DNA of 63,319 bases, filler included, from Octopus bimaculoides (lineage: Eukaryota): NCBI RefSeq assembly GCF_001194135.2. It is 8 parts of 6 records of this genome, joined end to end, with 100 filler letters (N's around TTAATTAATTAA, not from the genome) between each part and the next. Parts side by side here need not be neighbours in the genome. Positions count along the whole stretch, not along the records: positions 48,420 to 56,271 come from NC_068992.1; positions 56,372 to 59,380 come from NC_068982.1; positions 59,481 to 60,781 come from NC_069002.1; positions 60,882 to 63,319 come from NW_026355347.1; 4 more parts are not named here. One strand, given 5' to 3'. Both the position numbers and the translations under genes were made by a program. The notes under the pieces are model-generated. The model ran no database searches. It was not told where the DNA came from and worked only from the letters and a program-made list of their open reading frames with translations. Of the stretch, positions 49,728-62,269 are shown piece by piece (within the stretch, counting starts at the first letter, position 1; every line of letters begins with the position of its first letter).

Positions 49728-51118
49728 TGGACACATAAAAGGTGCAGCAATATCAAAGGAAGGCTAACTGGGAATATAGCTTTTGTGTGTGGCAAATGCT
49801 CAGGGGCAACATTGAATATGTGCAGAAAACAGCTTCCATCACATGCCAGGGGGAAAAACTAAAAGTAGTTGATAGCTTCTGTTACCTAGGGGACCAAGTC
49901 AGTAGTGGAGGGTGGATGCTCTGAGAGTGTAGGTGCTAGAATAAGAATAGCTTGGGCAAAGTTCAGAGAGCTACTACCTCTGCTGGTGACAAAGGGCCTC
50001 TTGCTCAGAGTAAAAAGTAGACTGTATGATGCATGTATGCAAACAGCCATGTTACATGGCAGTGAAACATGGGCCATGACTGCTGAAGACATGTGTAAGC
50101 TTGCAAGGAATGAAGCTAGTAAGCTCTGCTGAATGTGTAATGTCAGTGTGCATACCCGACAGAGTGTAAGCATCCTGAGAGAAAAGTTGGACATAAGAAA
50201 CATCAGATGTGGTGTGCAAGAGAAACGACTGTGCTGGTATGGTCATGTGTTGCATATGGATGAGGACAGCTGTGTGGAAAAGTGTCACACACTAGAGGGA
50301 ACCTGTAGAAGAGGTAGACCCAGGAAGACCTGGGACGAGGTGGTGAAACACGACCTTCAAACGTTGGGCCTCATGGAAGCAATGACAAGTGTGGTCACTT
50401 GTCTTTTGGAGATATGCTGTGCTTGAGAAGACAGGGCAAACCAAATGAGACCGAAACCATGGCCTATGCTAGTGCAGCATAACTGGCCCATTTACGAGTG
50501 CCCTTCAAGAAACTGTGCTTGTGAAGACCTGTTGAGTCAAGTGAGGTCATTGTCATAGCTGATGACAGTAACTCCTGATTGGCACCTGTGCCAGTGGCAT
50601 GTAAAAGGTACCATTCGAGCATGATCAATGCCAGTGCTGCCTGAATGGTCCTGTGCCAGTGGCACTTAAAAAGCACCATTCACGCATGGTCATTGCCAGT
50701 GTTGCCTGACTGGCTCCTGTGCTGATGGCATGTAAAAAGCACCATTCAGGCATAGTCGATGCCAGTGCCAGCTGACTGGGCCCGTGCTGGTGGCATGTAA
50801 AACGCATCATTCAAGTGTGGTTGTTACCGGTGCTCCTTGACTGACCCCCATGCCCATGGCATGTAAAAAACACCATTCAAGTGTGGTCGAAGCCAGTACC
50901 ACCTGACTGGCCCTCATGCCAGTGGCATGTAAAAAGCACCCACTACACTCTCAGAATGGTTGGCGTTAGGAAGGGTGTCTAACTGTAGAAACTTTGCCAG
51001 ATCAGATTGGAGCCTGGTGCAGCCTTCTGGCTTGCCAGCCCTCAGTCAAACTATCCAACCAGCATGGAAAGCAGACTTTAAACGATGACGGTGATGATGA
51101 TGATGATGATGATGATGA
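49728..51118 (+). mobile_element. 5'-truncated RTE LINE with tandem-repeat 3' region and (GAT)n tail
   Basis: KVVDSFCYLGD..RIRIAWAKFRELLPLL..LYDACMQTAMLHGSETW..RLCWYGHV..RGRPRKTWDEVV, then six ~66-bp units, the conserved tail and (GAT)n. Confidence 0.92.
50564..50940 (+). repeat. Six diverged ~65-66-bp tandem units
   Basis: Units start at about 50564, 50630, 50695, 50761, 50826 and 50892; consensus GCCAGTGCCGCCTGACTGGCTCCYGTGCCRGTGGCAYGTAAAAAGCACCATTC... Confidence 0.88.
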
Positions 51119-51121
51119 TAA

Positions 51122-51330
51122 TCTATATATATAAAAATGAGAATGTGTGTCTGTCTGTCTGTCTGTCTGTGTGAATCCCTAAAACTCGAGAACTACGCAA
51201 CCAATTTCATTCAAATTTTACACATGCCTTACTTAGGGTTCCAGTTGTGTTTTAGTCAAAAAAATTATTAACTTCTTGCAGATTTCGAGCACACAGCAAC
51301 ATAATATCTCCTTCACTATTTAAGTATTAC
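51122..51330 (+). mobile_element. Helitron/Helentron-like non-autonomous element, 5' part
   Basis: A|TCTATATATATAAAA start, (GTCT)n, then AACTACGCAACCAATTTCATTCAAATTTTACACA; runs into a gap. Confidence 0.55.
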
Positions 51331-52358
51331 NNNNNNNNNNNNNNNNNNNNNNNNNNNNNNNNNNNNNNNNNNNNNNNNNNNNNNNNNNNNNNNNNNNNNN
51401 NNNNNNNNNNNNNNNNNNNNNNNNNNNNNNNNNNNNNNNNNNNNNNNNNNNNNNNNNNNNNNNNNNNNNNNNNNNNNNNNNNNNNNNNNNNNNNNNNNNN
51501 NNNNNNNNNNNNNNNNNNNNNNNNNNNNNNNNNNNNNNNNNNNNNNNNNNNNNNNNNNNNNNNNNNNNNNNNNNNNNNNNNNNNNNNNNNNNNNNNNNNN
51601 NNNNNNNNNNNNNNNNNNNNNNNNNNNNNNNNNNNNNNNNNNNNNNNNNNNNNNNNNNNNNNNNNNNNNNNNNNNNNNNNNNNNNNNNNNNNNNNNNNNN
51701 NNNNNNNNNNNNNNNNNNNNNNNNNNNNNNNNNNNNNNNNNNNNNNNNNNNNNNNNNNNNNNNNNNNNNNNNNNNNNNNNNNNNNNNNNNNNNNNNNNNN
51801 NNNNNNNNNNNNNNNNNNNNNNNNNNNNNNNNNNNNNNNNNNNNNNNNNNNNNNNNNNNNNNNNNNNNNNNNNNNNNNNNNNNNNNNNNNNNNNNNNNNN
51901 NNNNNNNNNNNNNNNNNNNNNNNNNNNNNNNNNNNNNNNNNNNNNNNNNNNNNNNNNNNNNNNNNNNNNNNNNNNNNNNNNNNNNNNNNNNNNNNNNNNN
52001 NNNNNNNNNNNNNNNNNNNNNNNNNNNNNNNNNNNNNNNNNNNNNNNNNNNNNNNNNNNNNNNNNNNNNNNNNNNNNNNNNNNNNNNNNNNNNNNNNNNN
52101 NNNNNNNNNNNNNNNNNNNNNNNNNNNNNNNNNNNNNNNNNNNNNNNNNNNNNNNNNNNNNNNNNNNNNNNNNNNNNNNNNNNNNNNNTATGCTCCACAA
52201 GGGAAAACAAGGAACATAGTTTACAATGAGGTGTTATAATCACAACAGCAAGAAAGTATGTACATGATCACCTTCTTTTACGAAACTTCATTGACTTTCA
52301 TATATTTATATTGATATACATATATATACGTGTGTTTGGGTGCGTGTGTGTATATACA

Positions 52359-52449
52359 TCTCTATATATAAAGATGATGCGTAGTCTAGACGGCGTTTTT
52401 AGATTTCATTATTCTCTTTAACCCGGGCAACGCCGGGTATTTCTGCTAG
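52359..52449 (+). mobile_element. Miniature Helitron (91 bp)
   Basis: 5' TC after A; subterminal hairpin CCCGGGCAACGCCGGG; 3' CTAG followed by T. Confidence 0.72.
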
Positions 52450-54015
52450 TATATATATATATATATATAACAAATTAGAAAGGATGGCTTATTAACAATT
52501 AGAACATAAAGGCAAAATTAATAGAGGTCACAAATGTCACAGAGGGTACTGACTAGCACCGCTTTTGCTAAAGCCACAAACGCACTATCTTAAGTGACTT
52601 AAGTGACTTATAGCTATGGGGTTACATAGTTTTAATAAAATGCACAAATGACGAGTAGAACCTGTGTTTACAAGATAGTATTACAGGAGTGGCTGTGTGG
52701 TAAGTAGCTTGCTTACCATTCTTCGTGTCAGACGTGTTTTTTGTTGAAGATTGAATCGAAACTGTGGAATTATTGTTGTAATTAATTAACATTGTTGAAT
52801 TTAATTGAATTGTTGAATTGAATTGCTGAACTGTGATAATTTTCTGTGCTTTTTCCCGGTGACAGGAGACTGGAATTGTGTATTCGAAGCCATTTCGGCA
52901 TTTGTTGTAAGATTTAGCGTTGCTCCCCACCCCTCCAGCGGAGATGAGACTTGAACTGTTATTCTCATTAAGAGAATATTATAGGTTTCCCTATGTGAAA
53001 AAAGTAATTTCAGACGTTATTTTCGAACTGTTTAAAAGAAAAAAAAAAAATGTGAAAAAATGTAATTTCAGCAGTTGTAGGAGTTATTTGCGAACTGTTT
53101 TTAAAAAAAAAAACACATTATAGGTTCCCGTTTATTTTCTGAGAAAAATTGAATCTTAGCTGTCGTAAGCTTTATTGCCATACTCCTCCCCTGCCAGCGG
53201 GGGGGTAGGATTTGAACTGATGTCCTCATAAAGGAAAATACATATATATATATATATATATATATTTGATAAATAAATTCAAAAATGGATAAAACTCTTT
53301 TACAAGAATTTTATCAAGAAGCCAGTGTGTAAAAAAATTCATAAGGGAAATTTCTATTCCCAAGAATATAATTATTCGTTTATATTTATATAAAGGGCAT
53401 NNNNNNNNNNNNNNNNNNNNNNNNNNNNNNNNNNNNNNNNNNNNNNNNNNNNNNNNNNNNNNNNNNNNNNNNNNNNNNNNNNNNNNNNNNNNNNNNNNNN
53501 NNNNNNNNNNNNNNNNNNNNNNNNNNNNNNNNNNNNNNNNNNNNNNNNNNNNNNNNNNNNNNNNNNNNNNNNNNNNNNNNNNNNNNNNNNNNNNNNNNNN
53601 NNNNNNNNNNNNNNNNNNNNNNNNNNNNNNNNNNNNNNNNNNNNNNNNNNNNNNNNNNNNNNNNNNNNNNNNNNNNNNNNNNNNNNNNNNNNNNNNNNNN
53701 NNNNNNNNNNNNNNNNNNNNNNNNNNNNNNNNNNNNNNNNNNNNNNNNNNNNNNNNNNNNNNNNNNNNNNNNNNNNNNNNNNNNNNNNNNNNNNNNNNNN
53801 NNNNNNNNNNNNNNNNNNNNNNNNNNNNNNNNNNNNNNNNNNNNNNNNNNNNNNNNNNNNNNNNNNNNNNNNNNNNNNNNNNNNNNNNNNNNNNNNNNNN
53901 NNNNNNNNNNNNNNNNNNNNNNNNNNNNNNNNNNNNNNNNNNNNNNNNNNNNNNNNNNNNNNNNNNNNNNNNNNNNNNNNNNNNNNNNNNNNNNNNNNNN
54001 NNNNNNNNNNNNNNN

Positions 54016-56271
54016 CCCAAAAGCATTCGGTGAGTCCCCTAAAAACAAAGGAGGTGGTGCTTCTTCCAACCTACATGGGGAGGAGAACGGCTCGAGTAAA
54101 GGTGACACAAGTACCACCAGAAATCGATGGCCGCTCTGTTGTATAACAGAACAGACAAAATCACCTTCCTGCAGATTAAATGCTCTGCCCCACAAAATTG
54201 GCTCGGGCAGAGTATCTCCGCAATTATTCAAGCCAGCCAGGAAGACATTGAAAATCTTCCCGAAAGAGTGCTCATGGGTGAGGATGTTGTCCTCAAAATC
54301 CATGTGGAGGGCAAAAAGCCCATGTGTTACGAATGTGGCAATAAAGGCCACATTCGTGTAGAATGTGAAAAGTGGAAAAAGAAAATGAGTGCACAGACAT
54401 CAGGCCCTTCATCAAAAAAAGACCCCAAACCGGCACACACATCAGCCCCCACAGAAACAAAACCCCCCACTCCCCATTTGTGACACCCAAACACAACAAG
54501 ACTGAAAAAACCCAGGCCATGCACACACCAGTCCTGCCAAAGACAAACACACCCACCCCCTCTGAAGTGACACTTGAAGTGACACAAGAACTTGTAACTC
54601 TCCCGAATGACGCCATGGAGATGGTTGATGGGAGAGTTCAAGATTGTTAATAGAAAGAGACGAACACTTGCACGTTCCCCATCCACATCCCCCACAAAAC
54701 AAAATTCAAAGCAACACACCAAAAATAAAAAAGACACCGCCCCATTGGCCCGGAAGAAGAAAAGAAAAACGATGACAGAACGAAGACCCTGGTGAAATAT
54801 GACACCAGAGATATATACATTCAAAGCGCATTCATAGATCATCCTGCCACAAAGCTGTTACAACAGCACGAGGGCTCAGACGAGAGGTGCGCGTGGATAG
54901 GAAATGATCTCTACAGGCATCTGAAGGGCAAGCATCCAAAGACCATCACAAGTCTCTCGAACATTCCACAGGAGTTGGAGGAGAAGCAGAAAAGGGCTGC
55001 CCCACATGTAGTGGAGTCAGCCCCAACATCACCAGTAAAAGGAAATAAAAGAAACAATGAGTAAGTAGAACCCTTGCTTTTCCTCAGTTTTTGAATGACT
55101 ACACTTAAACTTGGGTGTTTGAATGTGCGTGGTCTGAGCTCGAAGTGGAAGCAAGCCTGTTTCCTCGACGACCTCATATCACACGATATGCATGTGATGG
55201 TTGCTACAGAGACCAAGCTGGACAGTCGACAAGCCTTCTCGCCCCTTTTGAATGATTATGAGAAAATCATGTCTCCTAGCCAGACCGGAGGGCGAGGGGG
55301 TGTAGTAGTGCTGGTCCAAAAAGGCTTGGCTCTGCAGACATGTACAGTCTATGTAGACCCAGAAGGTGGGCTGGTCGTCCTTGATGTGCCACACAGCAGT
55401 AAGGCTTTCAGGTTGATCGGGATCTATACACCTTGTGCTAGAGGATTGCAAACTGATTTTTATTGGCGCCTAGAGAACTTTCTCGTGACGTCGAAGATAT
55501 TAGTGGTGTTAGGAGACTATAACGCTATCATTGATGCACACATCAATAGCGTTGGCTCAACCGTTAGGAAAACGAACTCACACCTCATAGATCTTAAGCG
55601 TTTTCAGCTGGCAGATCGTTACAGACTTGACCATCCGAACGTCCCAGAGTGGACCTGGATGAGCGGCGACGGAAGGTTTAAGTCTTATCTAGATAGGATA
55701 GTTATAAGAACTGCAGATAAGTCTAGTTTTAGCTGTCCACAGCTTGTCCAAGTAGTGTACACTGACCACAGAATGGTCAAGTGCAGACTGGACAGAGATA
55801 GTGCATTTAAAAGAGGACCCGGCTACTGGAAGCTGAACAAGTCTATTTTGACTAGCGAGGCATACCGTAGCCAGATTAAGGAATTAGTACAGAGGGCATT
55901 AACTGGCGCTGTGGTTAACAACCGATGGTAGTTCGCCCTCAAGAGAGCCATTCGTTTTGAGTCTATTAGGTTTAGCAGTCAGCTAAGACTAGATAAGGCC
56001 AGAATAGAAGGGCAACTAGTTAAGGACCTAGAGGAGGCGCTGAGGTTGGGCTCTGCATCTCACGTTTTGGCAGCAAGAATGGCTTTAGACCATCACCTCA
56101 AAGCTAAACACGAAAGGTGCAGAGTTTGGGCTAAAGTGCGTGCATTGGGCCGTGAGGGAATTAATGTTGCCAGATGGGCCTGTACGGTAGAAACCCAGCG
56201 TGGCAACAATGCCACAATTAGGTCTCTGGTTGATGATAGGTGTTCGATTGACGGACAGGACAAGATGTGTG
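54016..56271 (+). mobile_element. L1-Tx1-clade LINE: ORF1 with CCHC knuckle plus ORF2 APE endonuclease, disrupted
   Basis: ORF1 CYECGNKGHIRVEC. ORF2 (55095-55931) LGCLNVRGL..ATETKL..GGVVVLV..LGDYNA..SYLDRI..TDHRMV..GPGYWKLNKSIL, then a premature TAG; both ends lost in gaps. Confidence 0.9.
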
Positions 56272-56371
56272 NNNNNNNNNNNNNNNNNNNNNNNNNNNNN
56301 NNNNNNNNNNNNNNNTTAATTAATTAANNNNNNNNNNNNNNNNNNNNNNNNNNNNNNNNNNNNNNNNNNNN
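56272..56371. other. Artificial scaffold linker
   Basis: N44-TTAATTAATTAA-N44. Confidence 0.97.
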
Positions 56372-57631
56372 TATATATATATATATGAATAGATAAATAT
56401 GATTTAGGGAAAAACGATGGTTTCTTCCCTATGAATTTCTTTCACGCTAGCTACTTGATAAATTCTTATATAAGATTTTATCCTATTATTGAATTAATTA
56501 AATATATAACCGGAACATATTCAGTGCTGAATTTTATTCCAAATAAAAACACATGTACCGAAGTGCAGCTCGAAAAGCCCGCCTTTTTCATAGATATATA
56601 GGGATAAACAATCTTCTATGTGCTGCCCAGAATACATGAGGAGTTCGTTTGGTATGTTGATTTTTTGTTTATTTTTATGTGTCTTGACTATACTATACTG
56701 ACGAGTGAAGATTATATAATACTATAATGATCATGAAATCGGCGATCTATAGTTAAGTCTGTTTTTAAAAGCTAGCTTCTTTGAGGGTTGCATTTCCTCG
56801 CATTCGGTGAAAATGTGTTTATTACGGTAGTTAGCGTGAGGCATACTTGTATAGTTATGCCCTTATATATATATATATATGACACTGTCATGGTATTAGC
56901 TGTCAGAAGTGAAAGTAGAAAAATCTGACAAGGAACGTTACTGCTGGTTTGAGTTGATTCTTTGGCTACAGACAGCTAATACCATGACTGGCCGGAGCGA
57001 GCTATCTGTCTATCTGTCTGTCTGTCTCTCTATCTATCTATCTATCACTCGAAAGTTATTGGAACAAATTTGACACCTATATCCATGCGTTTGAAAACAC
57101 ACAGAGTATAAGGGTACTACTAAAGCAGAGTGGTCCTNNNNNNNNNNNNNNNNNNNNNNNNNNNNNNNNNNNNNNNNNNNNNNNNNNNNNNNNNNNNNNN
57201 NNNNNNNNNNNNNNNNNNNNNNNNNNNNNNNNNNNNNNNNNNNNNNNNNNNNNNNNNNNNNNNNNNNNNNNNNNNNNNNNNNNNNNNNNNNNNNNNNNNN
57301 NNNNNNNNNNNNNNNNNNNNNNNNNNNNNNNNNNNNNNNNNNNNNNNNNNNNNNNNNNNNNNNNNNNNNNNNNNNNNNNNNNNNNNNNNNNNNNNNNNNN
57401 NNNNNNNNNNNNNNNNNNNNNNNNNNNNNNNNNNNNNNNNNNNNNNNNNNNNNNNNNNNNNNNNNNNNNNNNNNNNNNNNNNNNNNNNNNNNNNNNNNNN
57501 NNNNNNNNNNNNNNNNNNNNNNNNNNNNNNNNNNNNNNNNNNNNNNNNNNNNNNNNNNNNNNNNNNNNNNNNNNNNNNNNNNNNNNNNNNNNNNNNNNNN
57601 NNNNNNNNNNNNNNNNNNNNNNNNNNNNNNN

Positions 57632-57987
57632 AACACCATTTTGAGCGTGGCCGTTGCCAGTACCACCTTACTGGCCTTCGTGCCGGTGGAAAACAACATT
57701 CGTGCGAGGGCATTGCCAGTGCCGCTGGACTGGCTCCTGTACAGGTGACACATGAAAACACCATTTTGAGCGTGGCCGTTGCCAGTACCACCTTACTGGC
57801 CTTCGTGCCGGTGGCACGTAAAAGCACCCACTACACTCTCAGAGTGGTTGGCGTTAGGAAGGGCATCCAGCTGTAGAAACTCTGCTAGATCAGATTGGAG
57901 TTTGATACTGCCATCTGACTCACCAGTTCCCAGTCAAACCGTCCAACCCATACCAACATGGAAAGCGGACGTTAAATGATGATGATG
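57632..57987 (+). mobile_element. RTE 3' region: tandem units plus tail
   Basis: GCCAGT..ACTGGC..GTGCCGGTGGCAC units, then the GGAAGGGCATCCAGCTGTAGAAAC tail ending GGACGTTAAATGATGATG. Confidence 0.88.
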
Positions 57988-58679
57988 TATATATATATAT
58001 ATATATATATGAATATATATGTTTGTGCGTGTGTGTATATATACATATGTATATTAGGGTTATGACTTTTTCACAACCTAATAACTCTATACTGTAATTT
58101 GATGAATAATTTCATAAAAGTCAGGAAACTAGCATTTATTTTGCTTTATTTGAAATAAAACTTTACCCCCAATTTAAGAAGTCAATCACCACTTTTGACC
58201 CAAATCATGCAAAATTCTAGTGGGGTTCATAATGCCTGCTCAAGTTTTTGAGTATTTGCAACTGAACGACAATGCCATTTCTTTTCCCAGTGTTGACACT
58301 CATTGTATCAGCGACAATCATCTTTATACAGTTTCATAAATCGTATTCATGTAAAACAGTTGATGTTCTTTTCACAACAGTATCAAACACATTTATATGC
58401 TGCAGTGCACTGTCTCCATATTGTATCAAAAGCCTCCGATGACACACATTCTGACCAGAGAAATTGGATCACTGCTCTTTATTCATCTTTGATGCGTGTT
58501 GCTAGTGGAGTGGCCATGCTTAGACCGTAGAGATAGAAAGAAAAATGGCACGATCAGGCTCAAACATTGATCACATGACCACAATAGTACTCACTGTAAG
58601 TGCACATGTGCAGAAAGCAGTGTGACAATAATGAAGATATGTTATGGCAAAAGTGCAGATAATTTTTTATTTCCCCTTG

Positions 58680-58709
58680 TATATATGTGTATGTATGTAT
58701 GTATGTATG

Positions 58710-58770
<61 letters not shown>

Positions 58771-58958
58771 GTATATATATATGTGTGTGTGTGTGTAAAT
58801 CTATATATATGAGTGTGTGTGTGTATATATATATATGTATGTATATTTATATATATACATACATATATATATGTATATATATATATATGTATGCATATAT
58901 ATGTATACATGTATATGTATGTATATGTATGCATATATATGTATACATGTATATGTAT
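58680..58958. repeat. (TA)/(TATG)/(TG) compound microsatellite
   Basis: Tandem low-complexity units. Confidence 0.95.
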
Positions 58959-59120
58959 GTTGGTTGGCGTTAGGAAGGGCATCCAGCTGTAGAAACTCTG
59001 TCAAATCAGACTGGAGCCTGGTGTTGCCATCCGGTTTCACCAGTCCTCAGTCAAATCGTCCAACCCATGCTAGCATGGAAAGCGGACGTTAAACGATGAT
59101 GATGATGATGATGATGATGA
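58959..59120 (+). mobile_element. 5'-truncated RTE-tail repeat
   Basis: TGGTTGGCGTTAGGAAGGGCATCCAGCTG..GGACGTTAAAC(GAT)n. Confidence 0.88.
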
Positions 59121-59380
59121 TATATATATATATATATATATGTATTTGAAGGTTTGGAGGTGATGTACAGAAATTATATAGAAAAAAATTAAGGTACTCA
59201 GAAATCTGGTTGTTTGTACATTTGCAGATTTTTATTAATGTCACATATTAAATAAAGCGCTTTTCACCTAGTCATGTAGGATTTTCAAATTGTTTTGAGA
59301 AAACTTTGCGGAGGGTCTCTTTATATAGTTTTATTGAGTGTGTAGGGGTGGAGAGAGAGATATATAGGATAGTAAGAGAG

Positions 59381-59480
59381 NNNNNNNNNNNNNNNNNNNN
59401 NNNNNNNNNNNNNNNNNNNNNNNNTTAATTAATTAANNNNNNNNNNNNNNNNNNNNNNNNNNNNNNNNNNNNNNNNNNNN
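59381..59480. other. Artificial scaffold linker
   Basis: N44-TTAATTAATTAA-N44. Confidence 0.97.
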
Positions 59481-59525
<45 letters not shown>

Positions 59526-60781
59526 ACTAATATGCAAAAGTGTCGTAAGTCCACAACATAAAAAAAAGTTATGAAGGGTGGTTATATGGCACATCTCACG
59601 ACCACCTCATACCTCGTTTGTTTGTCACCCTGGCATGTTGATGTCTTCAATATCTTTCTCCACGTAAACACATTTAAGTGTCTATTGATGGGGCTTAAAA
59701 GTGTCTATTGATGGGGCTTAATCACACAAAAAACCAGGTTCTCAGTATTTTAAACTGTGATTAAAAAAAAAAAAATAGAAAGGAATTCGAAAAATGAAAA
59801 GAAATTTTACTTAAACTTCGAACAATAAAAAAAGAATTTAATTTCAATTTTCATATAAATTCTCGTGTGTAGAACATAAATTCCCCAAAAAATCTTCTGA
59901 AAATTCAAAAATAAAATTTTAAAGTTATCAAGGGTTATATGGTGTGCTTAAAGCAGAAATCCGCTTCGGATTGATGCGATCTCAGCCATAAAAACCGTAT
60001 AACTGGTCCTATGGTTCATAAGAGTCGAGACAGAATGTACTTTTATATACACACTTTCCTGTTTGTATGTGAGGGTGTAGAAATATGCAGATTGTATCAT
60101 TAGTTAAATAACATTTTTATCTACACTGAAGCTCATTAAAGTTCTCAGAGAAACACCAGTTCTAATTATCGCCAATTCCATCCAGTTTGCAATTAAAGAG
60201 CAAATAATAATAATAATAATAATAATAATGATAATAATAATAATAATAATAGTAGCAGAAAAAGAATTTCAAAACGAATTATTTGCATCCTCACCACCGT
60301 ACCTACACTCTTATTTCCGTAATTAATTACTTCACTTCTTCAGATTTCAGTGATTATGTACTTCCGGTCTTTGATAGATTATGTCAATCTTAATTTTCGT
60401 TTTTGGATGTGTAGATTTACTTAAATACATAAAAAAATATCCATACACTTACACACACGCACGCGCACACGCACACGCACGCGCACACCCACACGCACAC
60501 GCACGCGTATGTGCATGTGTGTGTTTGATTCTATATATCACGTGATCGCGTGACAGACCGGGCTATCAGATGTTCACATCGCTGGTCACAATGCGCTTTT
60601 GCGGTGGTTTAACCTTCAAATGACGCCACTCCGCTGGCTAGGCGAGCGGACCAACATTCCCCCCCATTTCCGAAAGGGGGACTAGAGGTTCTTTTAATGC
60701 CCCTCTACGTAACCACCATCATATCACCGACGGAAATGTCTGAAATATATACTTATTTATATATCTATATATATATATATA

Positions 60782-60881
60782 NNNNNNNNNNNNNNNNNNN
60801 NNNNNNNNNNNNNNNNNNNNNNNNNTTAATTAATTAANNNNNNNNNNNNNNNNNNNNNNNNNNNNNNNNNNNNNNNNNNNN
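60782..60881. other. Artificial scaffold linker
   Basis: N44-TTAATTAATTAA-N44. Confidence 0.97.
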
Positions 60882-61045
60882 CTGTGTCTTTGTGTTTCTG
60901 TTTGTCTACCACCACCGCTTCATAACCACTGTTGGTTTGTTCACAACCCCGTACATTTGCGGTTCGGCGAAAGAGATCGACTGAATAACTACAGGAGTAG
61001 ATTTGATCGACTAAACTTTTCAAGGCAGTGCTCCAGCATGGGATT
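60882..61045 (+). mobile_element. Family A SINE 3' half
   Basis: GCGGTTCGGCGAAAGAGATCGA..GGCAGTGCTCCAGCATGG matches 28980-29080. Confidence 0.72.
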
Positions 61046-61426
61046 AACCCAATGTAATTAGCTTTTAACCAAATATATGAAGTTTTGCTCATTATTTTAT
61101 AATATATTTTACTTTTATTCTACACATTTTTTAAAACATGAAAAATATTTTATTCTGTTATATTTTATATAATCAACATAGGTCCTTATTGATACTTGAT
61201 TATTGATCATTAGTCATCATCATCAACAAATTTAGCAGCCACTGTCATATCGTTTAACTCCTGATTGGTAAGGAGCAACATGTCCATACATACATAGATA
61301 CATACATACATACATGCATTCATGCATATATACATACATGCGTGCATGCATGCATACAAGCATACATACTTGTGTGTATATATATATACCTACACACACA
61401 CACATATATATATATATACATATGTT

Positions 61427-61460
<34 letters not shown>

Positions 61461-62269
61461 NNNNNNNNNNNNNNNNNNNNNNNNNNNNNNNNNNNNNNNN
61501 NNNNNNNNNNNNNNNNNNNNNNNNNNNNNNNNNNNNNNNNNNNNNNNNNNNNNNNNNNNNNNNNNNNNNNNNNNNNNNNNNNNNNNNNNNNNNNNNNNNN
61601 NNNNNNNNNNNNNNNNNNNNNNNNNNNNNNNNNNNNNNNNNNNNNNNNNNNNNNNNNNNNNNNNNNNNNNNNNNNNNNNNNNNNNNNNNNNNNNNNNNNN
61701 NNNNNNNNNNNNNNNNNNNNNNNNNNNNNNNNNNNNNNNNNNNNNNNNNNNNNNNNNNNNNNNNNNNNNNNNNNNNNNNNNNNNNNNNNNNNNNNNNNNN
61801 NNNNNNNNNNNNNNNNNNNNNNNNNNNNNNNNNNNNNNNNNNNNNNNNNNNNNNNNNNNNNNNNNNNNNNNNNNNNNNNNNNNNNNNNNNNNNNNNNNNN
61901 NNNNNNNNNNNNNNNNNNNNNNNNNNNNNNNNNNNNNNNNNNNNNNNNNNNNNNNNNNNNNNNNNNNNNNNNNNNNNNNNNNNNNNNNNNNNNNNNNNNN
62001 NNNNNNNNNNNNNNNNNNNNNNNNNNNNNNNNNNNNNNNNNNNNNNNNNNNNNNNNNNNNNNNNNNNNNNNNNNNNNNNNNNNNNNNNNNNNNNNNNNNN
62101 NNNNNNNNNNNNNNNNNNNNNNNNNNNNNNNNNNNNNNNNNNNNNNNNNNNNNNNNNNNNNNNNNNNNNNNNNNNNNNNNNNNATATATGTACATAAGTT
62201 TGTATGTATGTATGTATGTATGTACGTACGTACGTATGTATGTTTGTATGTATGGACATGTTGCTCCTA

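Noticed and set aside
50564-50940. CRISPR-like regular repeats
   Set aside because: Units are contiguous diverged tandem copies without unique spacers, inside a eukaryotic LINE; no cas genes.
50892-51050. Twister ribozyme in the RTE tail
   Set aside because: The conserved GGUCC(C/U)AAGCCC loop is absent.
52920-53225. Two direct repeats with reverse-strand B-box-like GTTCAA(G/A)TC
   Set aside because: No A box or cloverleaf and no second locus in the window to define a family.
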